Assembly (NCBI GenBank): GCA_005779345.1
Contig: SXJQ01000087.1
Span: forward strand, 1-38,341
Reading direction: 5' to 3'
DNA from: Actinomycetota bacterium
Lineage (GTDB): Bacteria > Actinomycetota > Acidimicrobiia > IMCC26256 > PALSA-610
DNA length: 38,341 bases
Shown here: positions 22,638-30,917 of the stretch, in pieces
Layout: every line of letters starts with the position of its first letter
How positions within the stretch are numbered: position 1 is the first letter of the stretch
Program-made: the position numbers and the translations under genes
The notes under the pieces: model-generated
Seen by the model: only the letters and a program-made list of their open reading frames with translations
Told to the model about the DNA's origin: nothing
The model's database searches: none

Positions 22638-25088
22638 TTGCGACGGTCCGAGCGGCTCCCCGGGTTCGACGGCCTGCGGGCCGTCGCTGCGCTCGCGGTG
22701 TTCACGTACCACGTCGACTTCTTCGCCGCGGGCCTCGCGGATTCGCTCGGCCACCGCCTGCTGCAACAACTCCGGGTCGGCGTGTGGGTGTTCTTCGCGC
22801 TGTCGGGATTCCTGTTGTACCGGCCGTGGGCGGCCGCGCACCTCGACGGAGCGAAGCGCCCCGACCTGCGTTCGTACCTGCGCAACCGGGCGTTGCGCAT
22901 CCTGCCCGCGTACTGGGCCTGCCTCACGTTCTTCGTCTTCGTCAGCCGCGCCGGCCTCACGTTCGAATCGCCCGTCGGTGTCCTCGCCCGCCAGTACGGC
23001 CTCGTGCAGATCTACGCGCGGTCCGACGCCGGACTCGGCACCTTCCGCGGGTTGCCCCACACCTGGAGTCTCGCCGTCGAGTTGTCGTTCTACGTCGCGC
23101 TGCCCCTCTACGCCGCGCTCGTCGGCGCGGTGGTACGGCGCCGTCCCGGTCGGGCGTTCGCTGTCGAGGTCGGTGGTATCGCCGTGCTCGTCGCACAGTG
23201 GGTCGCCTGGACGGTCGCCACCGACGGCGACGCGGTCCGCCAGCAGTGGCTCCCGAACTTCTCGATGGCGTTCGGCGTCGGGATGTTGCTCGCGGTGCTC
23301 ACGACGGAGCGCGGTGCGGCGACCGCAGTGGCCCGCATCCTCCGCTCGGTCGCGCGACCCGCGCTGCTCTGGCCTGCGGCCGCGGTCGCGCTCGTCGTGC
23401 GCAGCCGGTTCGAGATCCGCGCCGAGAACGGACTCGGCTCCCAAGTGCTGTACGCGCTCGCGGCTGTCGCGCTCGTTGCTCCCTTCGCGCTCGCTGGGGA
23501 GCGAGCGGGCGACTCGGCGATCGGGCGGGTGCTCGGCCATCGCGTCGTCGTCTGGCTCGGCACCGTCTCGTACGGAATCTTCCTCTGGCACTACCACATC
23601 GTCGCGATTGCACGCGACGACTGGCTCGACGCCCCGAGTGGTTGGAACGGCGAGGTCACGCTGGGCGTCGTCGCGCTCGCGGCGACCCTGGTCGGCGCGG
23701 CCGCGAGCTGGTACGTCGTCGAACGGCCGGCGCTCGCCTGGCGCCGACGCGTCGCACCGGTGCTCGCGGAATGGAGCGATCGGCGATTCCGGATATCGCT
23801 CGCGGCGGTGACGGCGGCCGGGTTCGTGTGGCGCGTCGTGTACGTGCTCGGGCAGCGGGGCCGCCAACCGCTGAACGGCGACGCCGCGTACTACCACCTC
23901 CAGGCGACCGCGGTCGCGCGCGGCATCGGTTTCGTCGATCCGTTCCAGTGGGATCAGCTCGGACGCATTCGCCAGAGCGCCGGCCACCCACCGGCCTACA
24001 TCCTCTACCTCGCCGGCTTCACCAAGGTCGGGTTGGGGAGCGAGACGCAGCACCGCCTCGCGTCGTGCCTGCTCGGCGCAGCCGCGATCGCGGTGATCGG
24101 GTTCGCGGGGCGTGCGATCGCGGGGAACCGGGTCGGCGTCGTGGCTGCGTTGGCCGCCGCGGGCTACGCGAACCTGTGGATCAACGACGAGATGCTCATG
24201 TCGGAGAGCATGGCCGCGCTGGCGTTCGCGTTCGTGGTGCTCGCCGTGTACCGCTACGTCGCGATCCCGACCCGGCGGCGCGTGTTGGCGGCCGGCGCCG
24301 CGATCGGATTCGCGGCGCTCAGCCGCGCCGAGCTGCTCGCGCTCGCGGTGCTCATCGTCGTGCCGCTCGTGTGGCGGTGCGTCGGCGATCGCCGTGAGCG
24401 ATTCGTGCAGATCGTCGGTGCGGGCGCGGTGTGCGCCCTGCTCGTGGCGCCGTGGGTGCTGTACAACGTCGGGCGATTCGAGCACCCGGTGCTGATGAGC
24501 AACGGCACCGGCGGCGTACTGCTCGTCGGCAACTGCGACGAGACCTACCACGGCGAACTGCTCGGCTACTGGTACGTCGGGTGTGGTGGCGCGGCCGCGG
24601 TGTCGCTCGTCGGCGACGAGTCGGAGCGCGAAGCGATCTGGCGCGAGCAGGGCCTCACCTACCTCAGCGATCACGTCGAGCGGTTTCCGGTGGTCGCCGC
24701 GGCACGGATCGGCCGCATGTGGGACGTGTACCGACCCGAGCAGAACATCTCGCTCAACATCGCGCTCGAGGGTCGCGGGCGCTCGGCCCCGCGGCTCGCG
24801 TTCTGGCAGTACGTGTTCCTGCTCCCGTTCGCCGGCGCGGGGCTCGTCGCGCTGCGCCGCCGCAGGGTCCCGATCTGGCCGCTGCTCGCAACCGCCGGAC
24901 TGATCACGTTCACCGCGGTGCTGGCGTTCGGGATCACGCGTTACCGCGTTCCGATCGATGTCGCGTTGCCGATCCTCGCGGCCGTCGGCGGCGTCGCTTG
25001 GTGGTCGGGCGAGTTCGGTGCCGCGCGAGCGCCGTCGGCGCGCACGTCTGGGCCCGCTCAGCCGGCGAGGCACTCCGACACGGCGTAG
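22638..25088 (+). CDS. fusion protein: N-terminal Acyl_transf_3 (AT3) acyltransferase + C-terminal ArnT/PMT-like GT-C glycosyltransferase
   Basis: ORF 22359..25088. AT3 motifs: GFDGLRAVAALAVFTYH, FFALSGFLLYRPW, RALRILPAYW, TVSYGIFLWHY. GT-C part: LNGDAAYYH, SAGHPPAYILY, LWINDEMLMSE, RFEHPVLMSNG. The only in-frame start after the divergent gene is TTG 22638, 7 nt after TACGAT (22625-22630), so the start is uncertain. Confidence 0.8.
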   Translation: MRRSERLPGFDGLRAVAALAVFTYHVDFFAAGLADSLGHRLLQQLRVGVWVFFALSGFLLYRPWAAAHLDGAKRPDLRSYLRNRALRILPAYWACLTFFVFVSRAGLTFESPVGVLARQYGLVQIYARSDAGLGTFRGLPHTWSLAVELSFYVALPLYAALVGAVVRRRPGRAFAVEVGGIAVLVAQWVAWTVATDGDAVRQQWLPNFSMAFGVGMLLAVLTTERGAATAVARILRSVARPALLWPAAAVALVVRSRFEIRAENGLGSQVLYALAAVALVAPFALAGERAGDSAIGRVLGHRVVVWLGTVSYGIFLWHYHIVAIARDDWLDAPSGWNGEVTLGVVALAATLVGAAASWYVVERPALAWRRRVAPVLAEWSDRRFRISLAAVTAAGFVWRVVYVLGQRGRQPLNGDAAYYHLQATAVARGIGFVDPFQWDQLGRIRQSAGHPPAYILYLAGFTKVGLGSETQHRLASCLLGAAAIAVIGFAGRAIAGNRVGVVAALAAAGYANLWINDEMLMSESMAALAFAFVVLAVYRYVAIPTRRRVLAAGAAIGFAALSRAELLALAVLIVVPLVWRCVGDRRERFVQIVGAGAVCALLVAPWVLYNVGRFEHPVLMSNGTGGVLLVGNCDETYHGELLGYWYVGCGGAAAVSLVGDESEREAIWREQGLTYLSDHVERFPVVAAARIGRMWDVYRPEQNISLNIALEGRGRSAPRLAFWQYVFLLPFAGAGLVALRRRRVPIWPLLATAGLITFTAVLAFGITRYRVPIDVALPILAAVGGVAWWSGEFGAARAPSARTSGPAQPARHSDTA

Positions 25089-25585
25089 AGCGTCACGCGC
25101 GGCTTGTCGTCGAAGCCGGGCGTATCGGAGTTGCTCGTCGCGACCACGAGGTAGCCGTCGACGCGTGCACGCAGCTTCGGGTACCGCTCGTCGTCGAGCC
25201 CGGAGCGGTCGATCGCGTAGCCGCGCTCGGCCCACATGGCGGCGATCGCTTCGATCGCGGCGTCGGGGTCGAGCCCGGTCCCGGCGAGTTCGACGATCGC
25301 GGGAACCTGCGCCTGGCGCGTCCCCGATTCGCCGACCGCGAAGCCGAGGAACTTGTCGCGGCACGTCTCGCGGTCGGTGTCGGCGATGGTCACCGGCTCG
25401 AAGTCGGCCGCGGGTGGCAGGACGGCGCCGGCCTCGTTGAGCAGGGCCACCACGCGTGCCTGACCGGCCGCGAAGTCGTCGCTCCCGGTGCCGGGTTCGG
25501 AACAGCCGGCGAGCGCGACGACCGCGAGCGCCAGACTGCCGACAACTCGGGTGCGGGTGGCCGCACGGCTCAGAGCGCGTCGCAT
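25058..25585 (-). CDS. lipoprotein
   Basis: ORF 25058..27574 trimmed to ATG 25585. The N-terminus MRRALSRAATRTRVVGSLALAVVALAGCSEPG has a basic n-region, a hydrophobic core and the lipobox LAGC. It overlaps the convergent fusion gene by 31 nt. Confidence 0.7.
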   Translation of the reverse strand: MRRALSRAATRTRVVGSLALAVVALAGCSEPGTGSDDFAAGQARVVALLNEAGAVLPPAADFEPVTIADTDRETCRDKFLGFAVGESGTRQAQVPAIVELAGTGLDPDAAIEAIAAMWAERGYAIDRSGLDDERYPKLRARVDGYLVVATSNSDTPGFDDKPRVTLYAVSECLAG

Positions 25586-25647
25586 CGCCCAGGGATCTAG
25601 CACACCGCGGCGTGGCGTCGGTGCCCGGCCCCGTGGTGGGTCACCGG

Positions 25648-25653
25648 TAGCAT
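25648..25653 (+). promoter_or_regulatory. -10-like box TAGCAT upstream of the flavoprotein/AT3 operon
   Basis: TAnnnT hexamer about 31 nt upstream of ATG 25685. The leader in between carries GGGAG Shine-Dalgarno sequences. Confidence 0.3.
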
Positions 25654-25684
25654 CGCCGCCCGGGAACCGAGGGAGACGGGGGAG

Positions 25685-27238
25685 ATGGCCGCGACCGCAA
25701 CGCCCCGATCTGATCCAGCCGCGGCGCAGGTCGTCGTCATCGGTGCCGGCCCTGCCGGGCTCACCGCCGCGTACCACCTCACCAAGGCGGGCGTCACGCC
25801 GACGATCCTCGAGGCCGACGACGTCGTCGGCGGGATCAGCCGAACGGTCGAGCGCGACGGCTGGCGCTTCGACATCGGCGGGCACCGCTTCTTCACCAAG
25901 GTCAAGGCCGTCGACGACCTGTGGTTCGAGATCCTCGGTGAAGACGAGTTCCTGCAACGGCCGCGGATGAGTCGCATCTACTACCGCGGCAAGCTCTACG
26001 ACTACCCCCTCAAGCCGCTGAACGTGCTGCGCAACATCGGGTTCATCGAAGCGGTGCGGTGCGTCGCGTCGTACCTCTGGGTCCGGGTTCGTCCACCGAA
26101 AGACACGAGCAACCTCGAGGGTTTCTACGTGAGCATGTTCGGTTGGCGCCTCTACGGGCATTTCTTCGACCACTACAACCAGAAGGTGTGGGGAGTCCCG
26201 ACCCGCCAGATGTCGGCCGACTTCGGTGCGCAGCGCGTCAAGGGCATGTCGTTGATGACGGCCGTCCGCGAGGGATTCACGCCGAAGTTCGTCAAGAATC
26301 GTCGCAGCAAGGGCCAACAGGTCACGTCGCTCATCGAGTCGTTCAACTACCCGAAATTCGGCCCCGGCCAGATGTGGGAGCGGTGCACCGAGATCGTCAT
26401 CGGGCGCGGTTGCACCGTCGACTTCGGTGCGCGCGTCGTGCGGATCACCCATGCCGACGGACGCGCCGAATCGGTCGTCGTCGAGGTCGACGGTGCCGAG
26501 CGCGCCTATCCCTGCACCCACGTCGTCTCCTCGATGCCGTTTCGCGATCTGATCCGCGCGATCGACCCGCCCGTCCCGCCCGAGGTCCGGGCCGCGGCCG
26601 AGGGGCTCGGCTACCGCGACTTCATCACGGTCGCGCTCGTGGTGCCGCAGGAGTACTCGTTCCCCGACAACTGGATCTACATCCACGACCCCGACGTGAA
26701 GGTCGGCCGCATCCAGAACTTCGGGTCGTGGTCGCCCTACCTCGTGAAGGAGGGCCGCACCTGTCTCGGGCTCGAGTTGTTCGTCAACGAGGGCGACGAC
26801 ACCTGGACGAAGTCCGACGACGACCTCATCGCGCAGGCCAAGCGCGAGATCCAACACCTCGGCCTCGCCGACGCGTCGAAGGTCGAAGCCGGTTACGTCG
26901 TGCGCATGCCGAAGGCGTACCCGGTCTACGACGAGTACTACCAAGCCAACGTGAAGGTGCTGCGCGACTGGATCGCGGCGAACGCGCCGAACATCATGCC
27001 GACCGGTCGCAACGGCATGCACAAGTACAACAACCAGGATCACTCGATGCTCACCGCCATGCTGTCGGTCGAGAACATCCTCGGCGCCCATCACGACGTG
27101 TGGACCGTCAACGTCGAGTCCGAGTACCACGAGGAACAGATGGGAAGCGACGCCCCCTCGTCGGGTCGTGACGCGCCGGTGCTGCCGAGGGCGGCGATCG
27201 AAGCCGCGGCCCGGCAGCGGCAGGCGGCGGCCGACTGA
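25685..27238 (+). CDS. FAD-dependent oxidoreductase (amine-oxidase / UDP-galactopyranose-mutase-like fold)
   Basis: 517-aa ORF with the dinucleotide fold VVVIGAGPAGLTAAYHL..EA and DIGGHRFF. It is preceded by GGGAG/GGGGGAG Shine-Dalgarno sequences at 25671-25684. Confidence 0.8.
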   Translation: MAATATPRSDPAAAQVVVIGAGPAGLTAAYHLTKAGVTPTILEADDVVGGISRTVERDGWRFDIGGHRFFTKVKAVDDLWFEILGEDEFLQRPRMSRIYYRGKLYDYPLKPLNVLRNIGFIEAVRCVASYLWVRVRPPKDTSNLEGFYVSMFGWRLYGHFFDHYNQKVWGVPTRQMSADFGAQRVKGMSLMTAVREGFTPKFVKNRRSKGQQVTSLIESFNYPKFGPGQMWERCTEIVIGRGCTVDFGARVVRITHADGRAESVVVEVDGAERAYPCTHVVSSMPFRDLIRAIDPPVPPEVRAAAEGLGYRDFITVALVVPQEYSFPDNWIYIHDPDVKVGRIQNFGSWSPYLVKEGRTCLGLELFVNEGDDTWTKSDDDLIAQAKREIQHLGLADASKVEAGYVVRMPKAYPVYDEYYQANVKVLRDWIAANAPNIMPTGRNGMHKYNNQDHSMLTAMLSVENILGAHHDVWTVNVESEYHEEQMGSDAPSSGRDAPVLPRAAIEAAARQRQAAAD

Positions 27239-27240
27239 CG

Positions 27241-28485
27241 ATGCCGGGCGTGGCCCCCGGCCCGGCGCACGCCTCGGCCCAGCTCGAGTCCGGTCGGCCG
27301 CACGTCGCGGGGCTCGAAGGCCTGCGGGCGCTCGGCGCCGTCGCGGTGTTCGTGAAGCACTCGAGCCTCGCGACCGGCAAGCAGTACGACACTGGCTGGG
27401 CGTGGCTGAACCACTTCGAGATCGGCCCGACACTGTTCTTCGTGCTGTCGGCGTTCCTCGTCTACCAGCCGTTCGCTGCCGCGCACCTCGCCGGACGGCC
27501 GCTGCCGTCGTTGACCCGATTCGCTCGGCATCGCGTGCTGCGCGTGGTCCCGGCGTACTGGGTTGCCCTCGCAATCATGCTCGTGTTCCTGCGCGCTCCC
27601 GAGCAGGGGTCGTTCGGGTTGCACGTGCGCGACGCTCGCTCCGTACTCCAGTTGTTCACGTTCACGCAGATCTACGACCCGGTCCGCTTCTTCGACGGCA
27701 TCGCCGCCGCGTACACGCTGTGCGTCGAGGTGTCGTTCTACGTGTTCGTGGCCGGTTGGGTCGTGCTGGTGCGGCGAATCGCGCCGCGCGCTGCGGCGCC
27801 GGCGCAACGCCTGCGCGTCGAGTTCGCCGGCATCGGCGTGCTCGTCGGCCTCGCGCTCGGCTGGCGGTTCCTCGTCGGTTTCGTGTTCCGGCCCGACGGT
27901 GACGCCGTGTGCAGCGCGACCTCGACCCACTGGACGTGCGCGGCCGCGAACTGGCTACCGGGCTACCTCGCGTACTTCGCGCTCGGCATGTTGCTCGCGG
28001 TGCTGGTGGTTTGGACGCGCGGCCACGGGCCGATCACCGCGTTCGACCGCGCGAGCGACCGCACCGTGCCCTGGCTCGTGCTCGCCGGTGGCGTGTTCTG
28101 GCTCTACAGCGCGCGCTACGGCACACGCGGGCTCGACTCGCGCACGGGTATCGACGGCGAGGTGCGGCACCTCCTGAACGGTCTCATCGTGTTGGCCGCG
28201 ATCGTGCCGTTGCTCGGGCGCCGCCGATCGCGGTATCGATCGTTGCTCGCCGGGCGGCCGCTCGTGTACCTCGGTGTCGTGTCGTACGGGTTCTACCTCT
28301 GGCACCAGGCATTCATCGATCGGCTCATGATCTGGACCGACGCGCGGCCGTTCGACGGATCGTTCGCCGTCGTCGCGCCAACCGCGTTCGCGCTCGCGGT
28401 CGCTGCTGCCGCCGTGAGCCACCGCGCCATCGAGGAGCCGATCCGACGCCGCCGCGACGGGTTGTTGGTCGGGGCCCGCACATGA
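27241..28485 (+). CDS. Acyl_transf_3 (AT3) family membrane acyltransferase
   Basis: 414-aa ORF with GLEGLRALGAVAVFVKH, FFVLSAFLVYQPF, RVLRVVPAYW and VVSYGFYLWHQ. It starts 2 nt after the flavoprotein stop. Confidence 0.85.
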   Translation: MPGVAPGPAHASAQLESGRPHVAGLEGLRALGAVAVFVKHSSLATGKQYDTGWAWLNHFEIGPTLFFVLSAFLVYQPFAAAHLAGRPLPSLTRFARHRVLRVVPAYWVALAIMLVFLRAPEQGSFGLHVRDARSVLQLFTFTQIYDPVRFFDGIAAAYTLCVEVSFYVFVAGWVVLVRRIAPRAAAPAQRLRVEFAGIGVLVGLALGWRFLVGFVFRPDGDAVCSATSTHWTCAAANWLPGYLAYFALGMLLAVLVVWTRGHGPITAFDRASDRTVPWLVLAGGVFWLYSARYGTRGLDSRTGIDGEVRHLLNGLIVLAAIVPLLGRRRSRYRSLLAGRPLVYLGVVSYGFYLWHQAFIDRLMIWTDARPFDGSFAVVAPTAFALAVAAAAVSHRAIEEPIRRRRDGLLVGART

Positions 28486-30917
28486 CCGCCACGACCGAGA
28501 CCGATCCGATCGTCACCCGGCCGTCGGATCCGGGTCGCATCCTCGGGCTCGAGGGTTTGCGTGCGATCGCGATCGCCGCGGTGTTCCTCACGCACACCGG
28601 ATACGTCACCGGCGTGACAGGTCGGTCCGACTGGGGCGCGTTCCTCGGCCGCCTCGAGATCGGCCCCACGATCTTCTTCATGATCTCGGCGTTCCTCCTC
28701 GGCCTGCCGTTCGCCGAGGCGAACCAGGCGGGCGCCCGTGCGCCGAGCGCCCGCCGGTTCCTGCGGCGCCGCGCGGTGCGGGTGTTCCCCGCGTACTGGC
28801 TGACGCTCGTCCTGTTGTTCGTGGTCTTCGGGGTCGACGTCGACGGGTTCGGCGACGTCGTACGGCTCGCGACCCTGACCCACATCTACAGCGACGATGG
28901 GTTCTTCTCGGTGTCGGTGCTCGTCCCCACGTGGACACTTGCGACCGAACTCGCGTTCTATGCGTTTCTCCTCGGCTGGGCCGCGGCGGTGCGCCGCATC
29001 GGTCGCGACCGCGACGCGGCAGGCCGTTTGTCGCTCGAACTGATGCTCGTCGGCGTCCTCGTGGTGATTGCGTTCGCCTTCCGGGCGCTCGTCGACGCCG
29101 AGATCGGGCTCCCGGCCGTCGCGGAGTTCTGGCTGCCGGGCCAGCTCGACATCTTCGCGGTCGGCCTCGGGTTCGCGTCGATCGTCGCCTACGTGCGCGT
29201 CACCGGCAACACGCCGCGGCTCGCGACGCTCGTTCGGCGAGGCCCCGATGTCGTCGTCGGCCTCGCCGGGCTCGCGTACCTCGGCGTGCCGCTCTTCACC
29301 AACGTGAGTCGCGGGCTGGTGCTCACGAACGAGACCTCGCTCGACGGCCACCTCGCCCACGCGTTCTACCTGCTGTGTGCCACGCTGCTCCTGGCCCCGA
29401 TCGCGTTGCGCTCGCCGGCGCGCAGCGCGTATCTCTGGTTCGTGCGGTTGCGGCCGGTCGCGTACTTCGGGCTCGTGTCGTACGGCTTCTACCTCTGGCA
29501 CGACCACTTCATCGTCGAGACGGCGGGCTGGTCGGGCGGCACGTTGCTGCCCTACCCGCACGCCGACTTCTGGATCGTCGCGAGCGCGGCCTTCGCGCTG
29601 AGTCTCGTCGCGGGATCGATCAGCTACCACGTCGTCGAGCGGCCCGCGCTCGACCTCGACGCCGGTCGCTTCGCCGCGCTGCGAGCGCGGGCGCGAGAAG
29701 CATCGAGCATCGTGCCCGCCGTCATCGCCGGGACGCGCACCGCGGCGACGAACTTCGACCTGTTCGATGGTCTCCGCGCGATCGCCGCGCTCACGGTCGT
29801 GCTGCACCACGTCGCCCTACCCACCGGGAGGCAGAACAACGGCTTCTGGGCGTCCTATCTCACCGAGTTCGACGTCGGCGTCGCGATCTTCTTCCTCATC
29901 TCGGGCTTCTTGCTCTACCGGCCGTTCGTCACGCGCGCCCTCGGCGACGAACCGGAGCCGCCGCTCGGTCGGTTCCTCGTGCGTCGGGCCGTGCGGATCT
30001 ACCCCGCCTACTGGTTCGCGCTCGCCGGCATCCTGGTTTTCGTCGGGTTCCAGGCGCCCGTCGCCGACGGCCTGCCCCAGTACCTCAGCTACTTCGGGCT
30101 CGTGCACGTGTACTTCCGCGACTGGGCGGCAGGCGGGATGTCGCAGGCGTGGACGCTGGCCGTCGAGGTGACGTTCTACCTGTTCCTCCCGGTGTGGGCG
30201 GCGCTCGTGCGCCGCCTCGGTGCGGGCCGGTCCGGCGTCACGCGCGTGCACCTCCAGCTCGGCGCGCTGGCGGCCATGTATCTGTTCGCGGTCGCGTTTC
30301 GCGCGTACTGCTACTGGGGCGCGGGCGACGACCTGGCGTTCCTCGGCGTCTACTGGCTGCCGGCGAACCTCGACCTGTTCGCGCTCGGTATGGGTGTCGC
30401 CGTGGTGAGCGCGGGCGCGCAGGCCGGTGTCGTCTCGCAACGGGTCACCGCGCGGCTCGCAACGATCGGGTCGTGGTCGTGGCTCGGCTCGATCGGCGCG
30501 TTCGTCGTGCTGTGCAACGCGTTCGATCTCCCGCTCGGTATCGCGGTTCGCCCCGACGGTTGGCAGGGACACGTGAAGCAGGCGACCTTCGGGCTGGTCG
30601 CGCTCGGGCTGTTGCTCCCCGCGGTCTTCGCGACGGCCGGCCGCGATCCGATTCGGCGGCTGCTCGCGTGGCGTCCGCTCGCCTATTGCGGCGTCGTGTC
30701 GTACGGCATCTACCTGTGGCACCAGGCATGGGCGAAGAAGGCCGTCGGTTGGCAGGCGCGCCCGTTGTTCGCCGCCGACTTCGTCACCGTGCTCGCGGCG
30801 ACCCTGGCGCTCACGCTGCTGGCGGCATCGGTCAGTTGGTTCGTGGTCGAACGCCCGCTGATGCGGGCCGTCCACCGCAAGATCGTGGCGCGCCCGCCGA
30901 TGGAACCGGTGGCATGA
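28482..30917 (+). CDS. tandem AT3-AT3 double acyltransferase (two complete Acyl_transf_3 domains in one ORF)
   Basis: ORF 27909..30917 trimmed to ATG 28482 (ATGA overlap 28482-28485). Domain 1 has GLEGLRAIAIAAVFLTH, FFMISAFLLG, RAVRVFPAYW and LVSYGFYLWHD. Domain 2, from about nt 29751, has FDGLRAIAALTVVLHH, FFLISGFLLYRPF, RAVRIYPAYW and VVSYGIYLWHQ. No stop codon separates the domains. Confidence 0.8.
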   Translation: MTATTETDPIVTRPSDPGRILGLEGLRAIAIAAVFLTHTGYVTGVTGRSDWGAFLGRLEIGPTIFFMISAFLLGLPFAEANQAGARAPSARRFLRRRAVRVFPAYWLTLVLLFVVFGVDVDGFGDVVRLATLTHIYSDDGFFSVSVLVPTWTLATELAFYAFLLGWAAAVRRIGRDRDAAGRLSLELMLVGVLVVIAFAFRALVDAEIGLPAVAEFWLPGQLDIFAVGLGFASIVAYVRVTGNTPRLATLVRRGPDVVVGLAGLAYLGVPLFTNVSRGLVLTNETSLDGHLAHAFYLLCATLLLAPIALRSPARSAYLWFVRLRPVAYFGLVSYGFYLWHDHFIVETAGWSGGTLLPYPHADFWIVASAAFALSLVAGSISYHVVERPALDLDAGRFAALRARAREASSIVPAVIAGTRTAATNFDLFDGLRAIAALTVVLHHVALPTGRQNNGFWASYLTEFDVGVAIFFLISGFLLYRPFVTRALGDEPEPPLGRFLVRRAVRIYPAYWFALAGILVFVGFQAPVADGLPQYLSYFGLVHVYFRDWAAGGMSQAWTLAVEVTFYLFLPVWAALVRRLGAGRSGVTRVHLQLGALAAMYLFAVAFRAYCYWGAGDDLAFLGVYWLPANLDLFALGMGVAVVSAGAQAGVVSQRVTARLATIGSWSWLGSIGAFVVLCNAFDLPLGIAVRPDGWQGHVKQATFGLVALGLLLPAVFATAGRDPIRRLLAWRPLAYCGVVSYGIYLWHQAWAKKAVGWQARPLFAADFVTVLAATLALTLLAASVSWFVVERPLMRAVHRKIVARPPMEPVA

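Noticed and set aside
21657-25364. 1235-aa minus-strand ORF, the longest in the window
   Set aside because: It is an Arg/Asp/Glu/Pro-rich antisense shadow of the AT3::GT-C fusion gene and, out of frame, of the membrane gene at 21101-22582. It has no hydrophobic or catalytic motifs.
25586-27574. Upstream 660 codons of ORF 25058..27574 (minus strand)
   Set aside because: Only the last 175 codons, from ATG 25585, look like a protein (signal peptide plus lipobox). The remainder is an antisense shadow of the flavoprotein gene.
27909-30913. Long 5' extensions of ORFs 27909..30917 and 28931..32116
   Set aside because: The extensions are out-of-frame read-through of the preceding AT3 genes and are Arg/Ala-rich. 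Motif-bearing sequence begins at the ATGA-coupled starts 28482 and 30914.
28482-30917. AT3-AT3 ORF as a pseudogene or assembly artefact joining two genes
   Set aside because: Both halves keep the full AT3 motif set, there is no frameshift, and the linker is a clean in-frame Ala/Arg-rich segment. I kept it as a genuine fusion but flagged the need to check read support.
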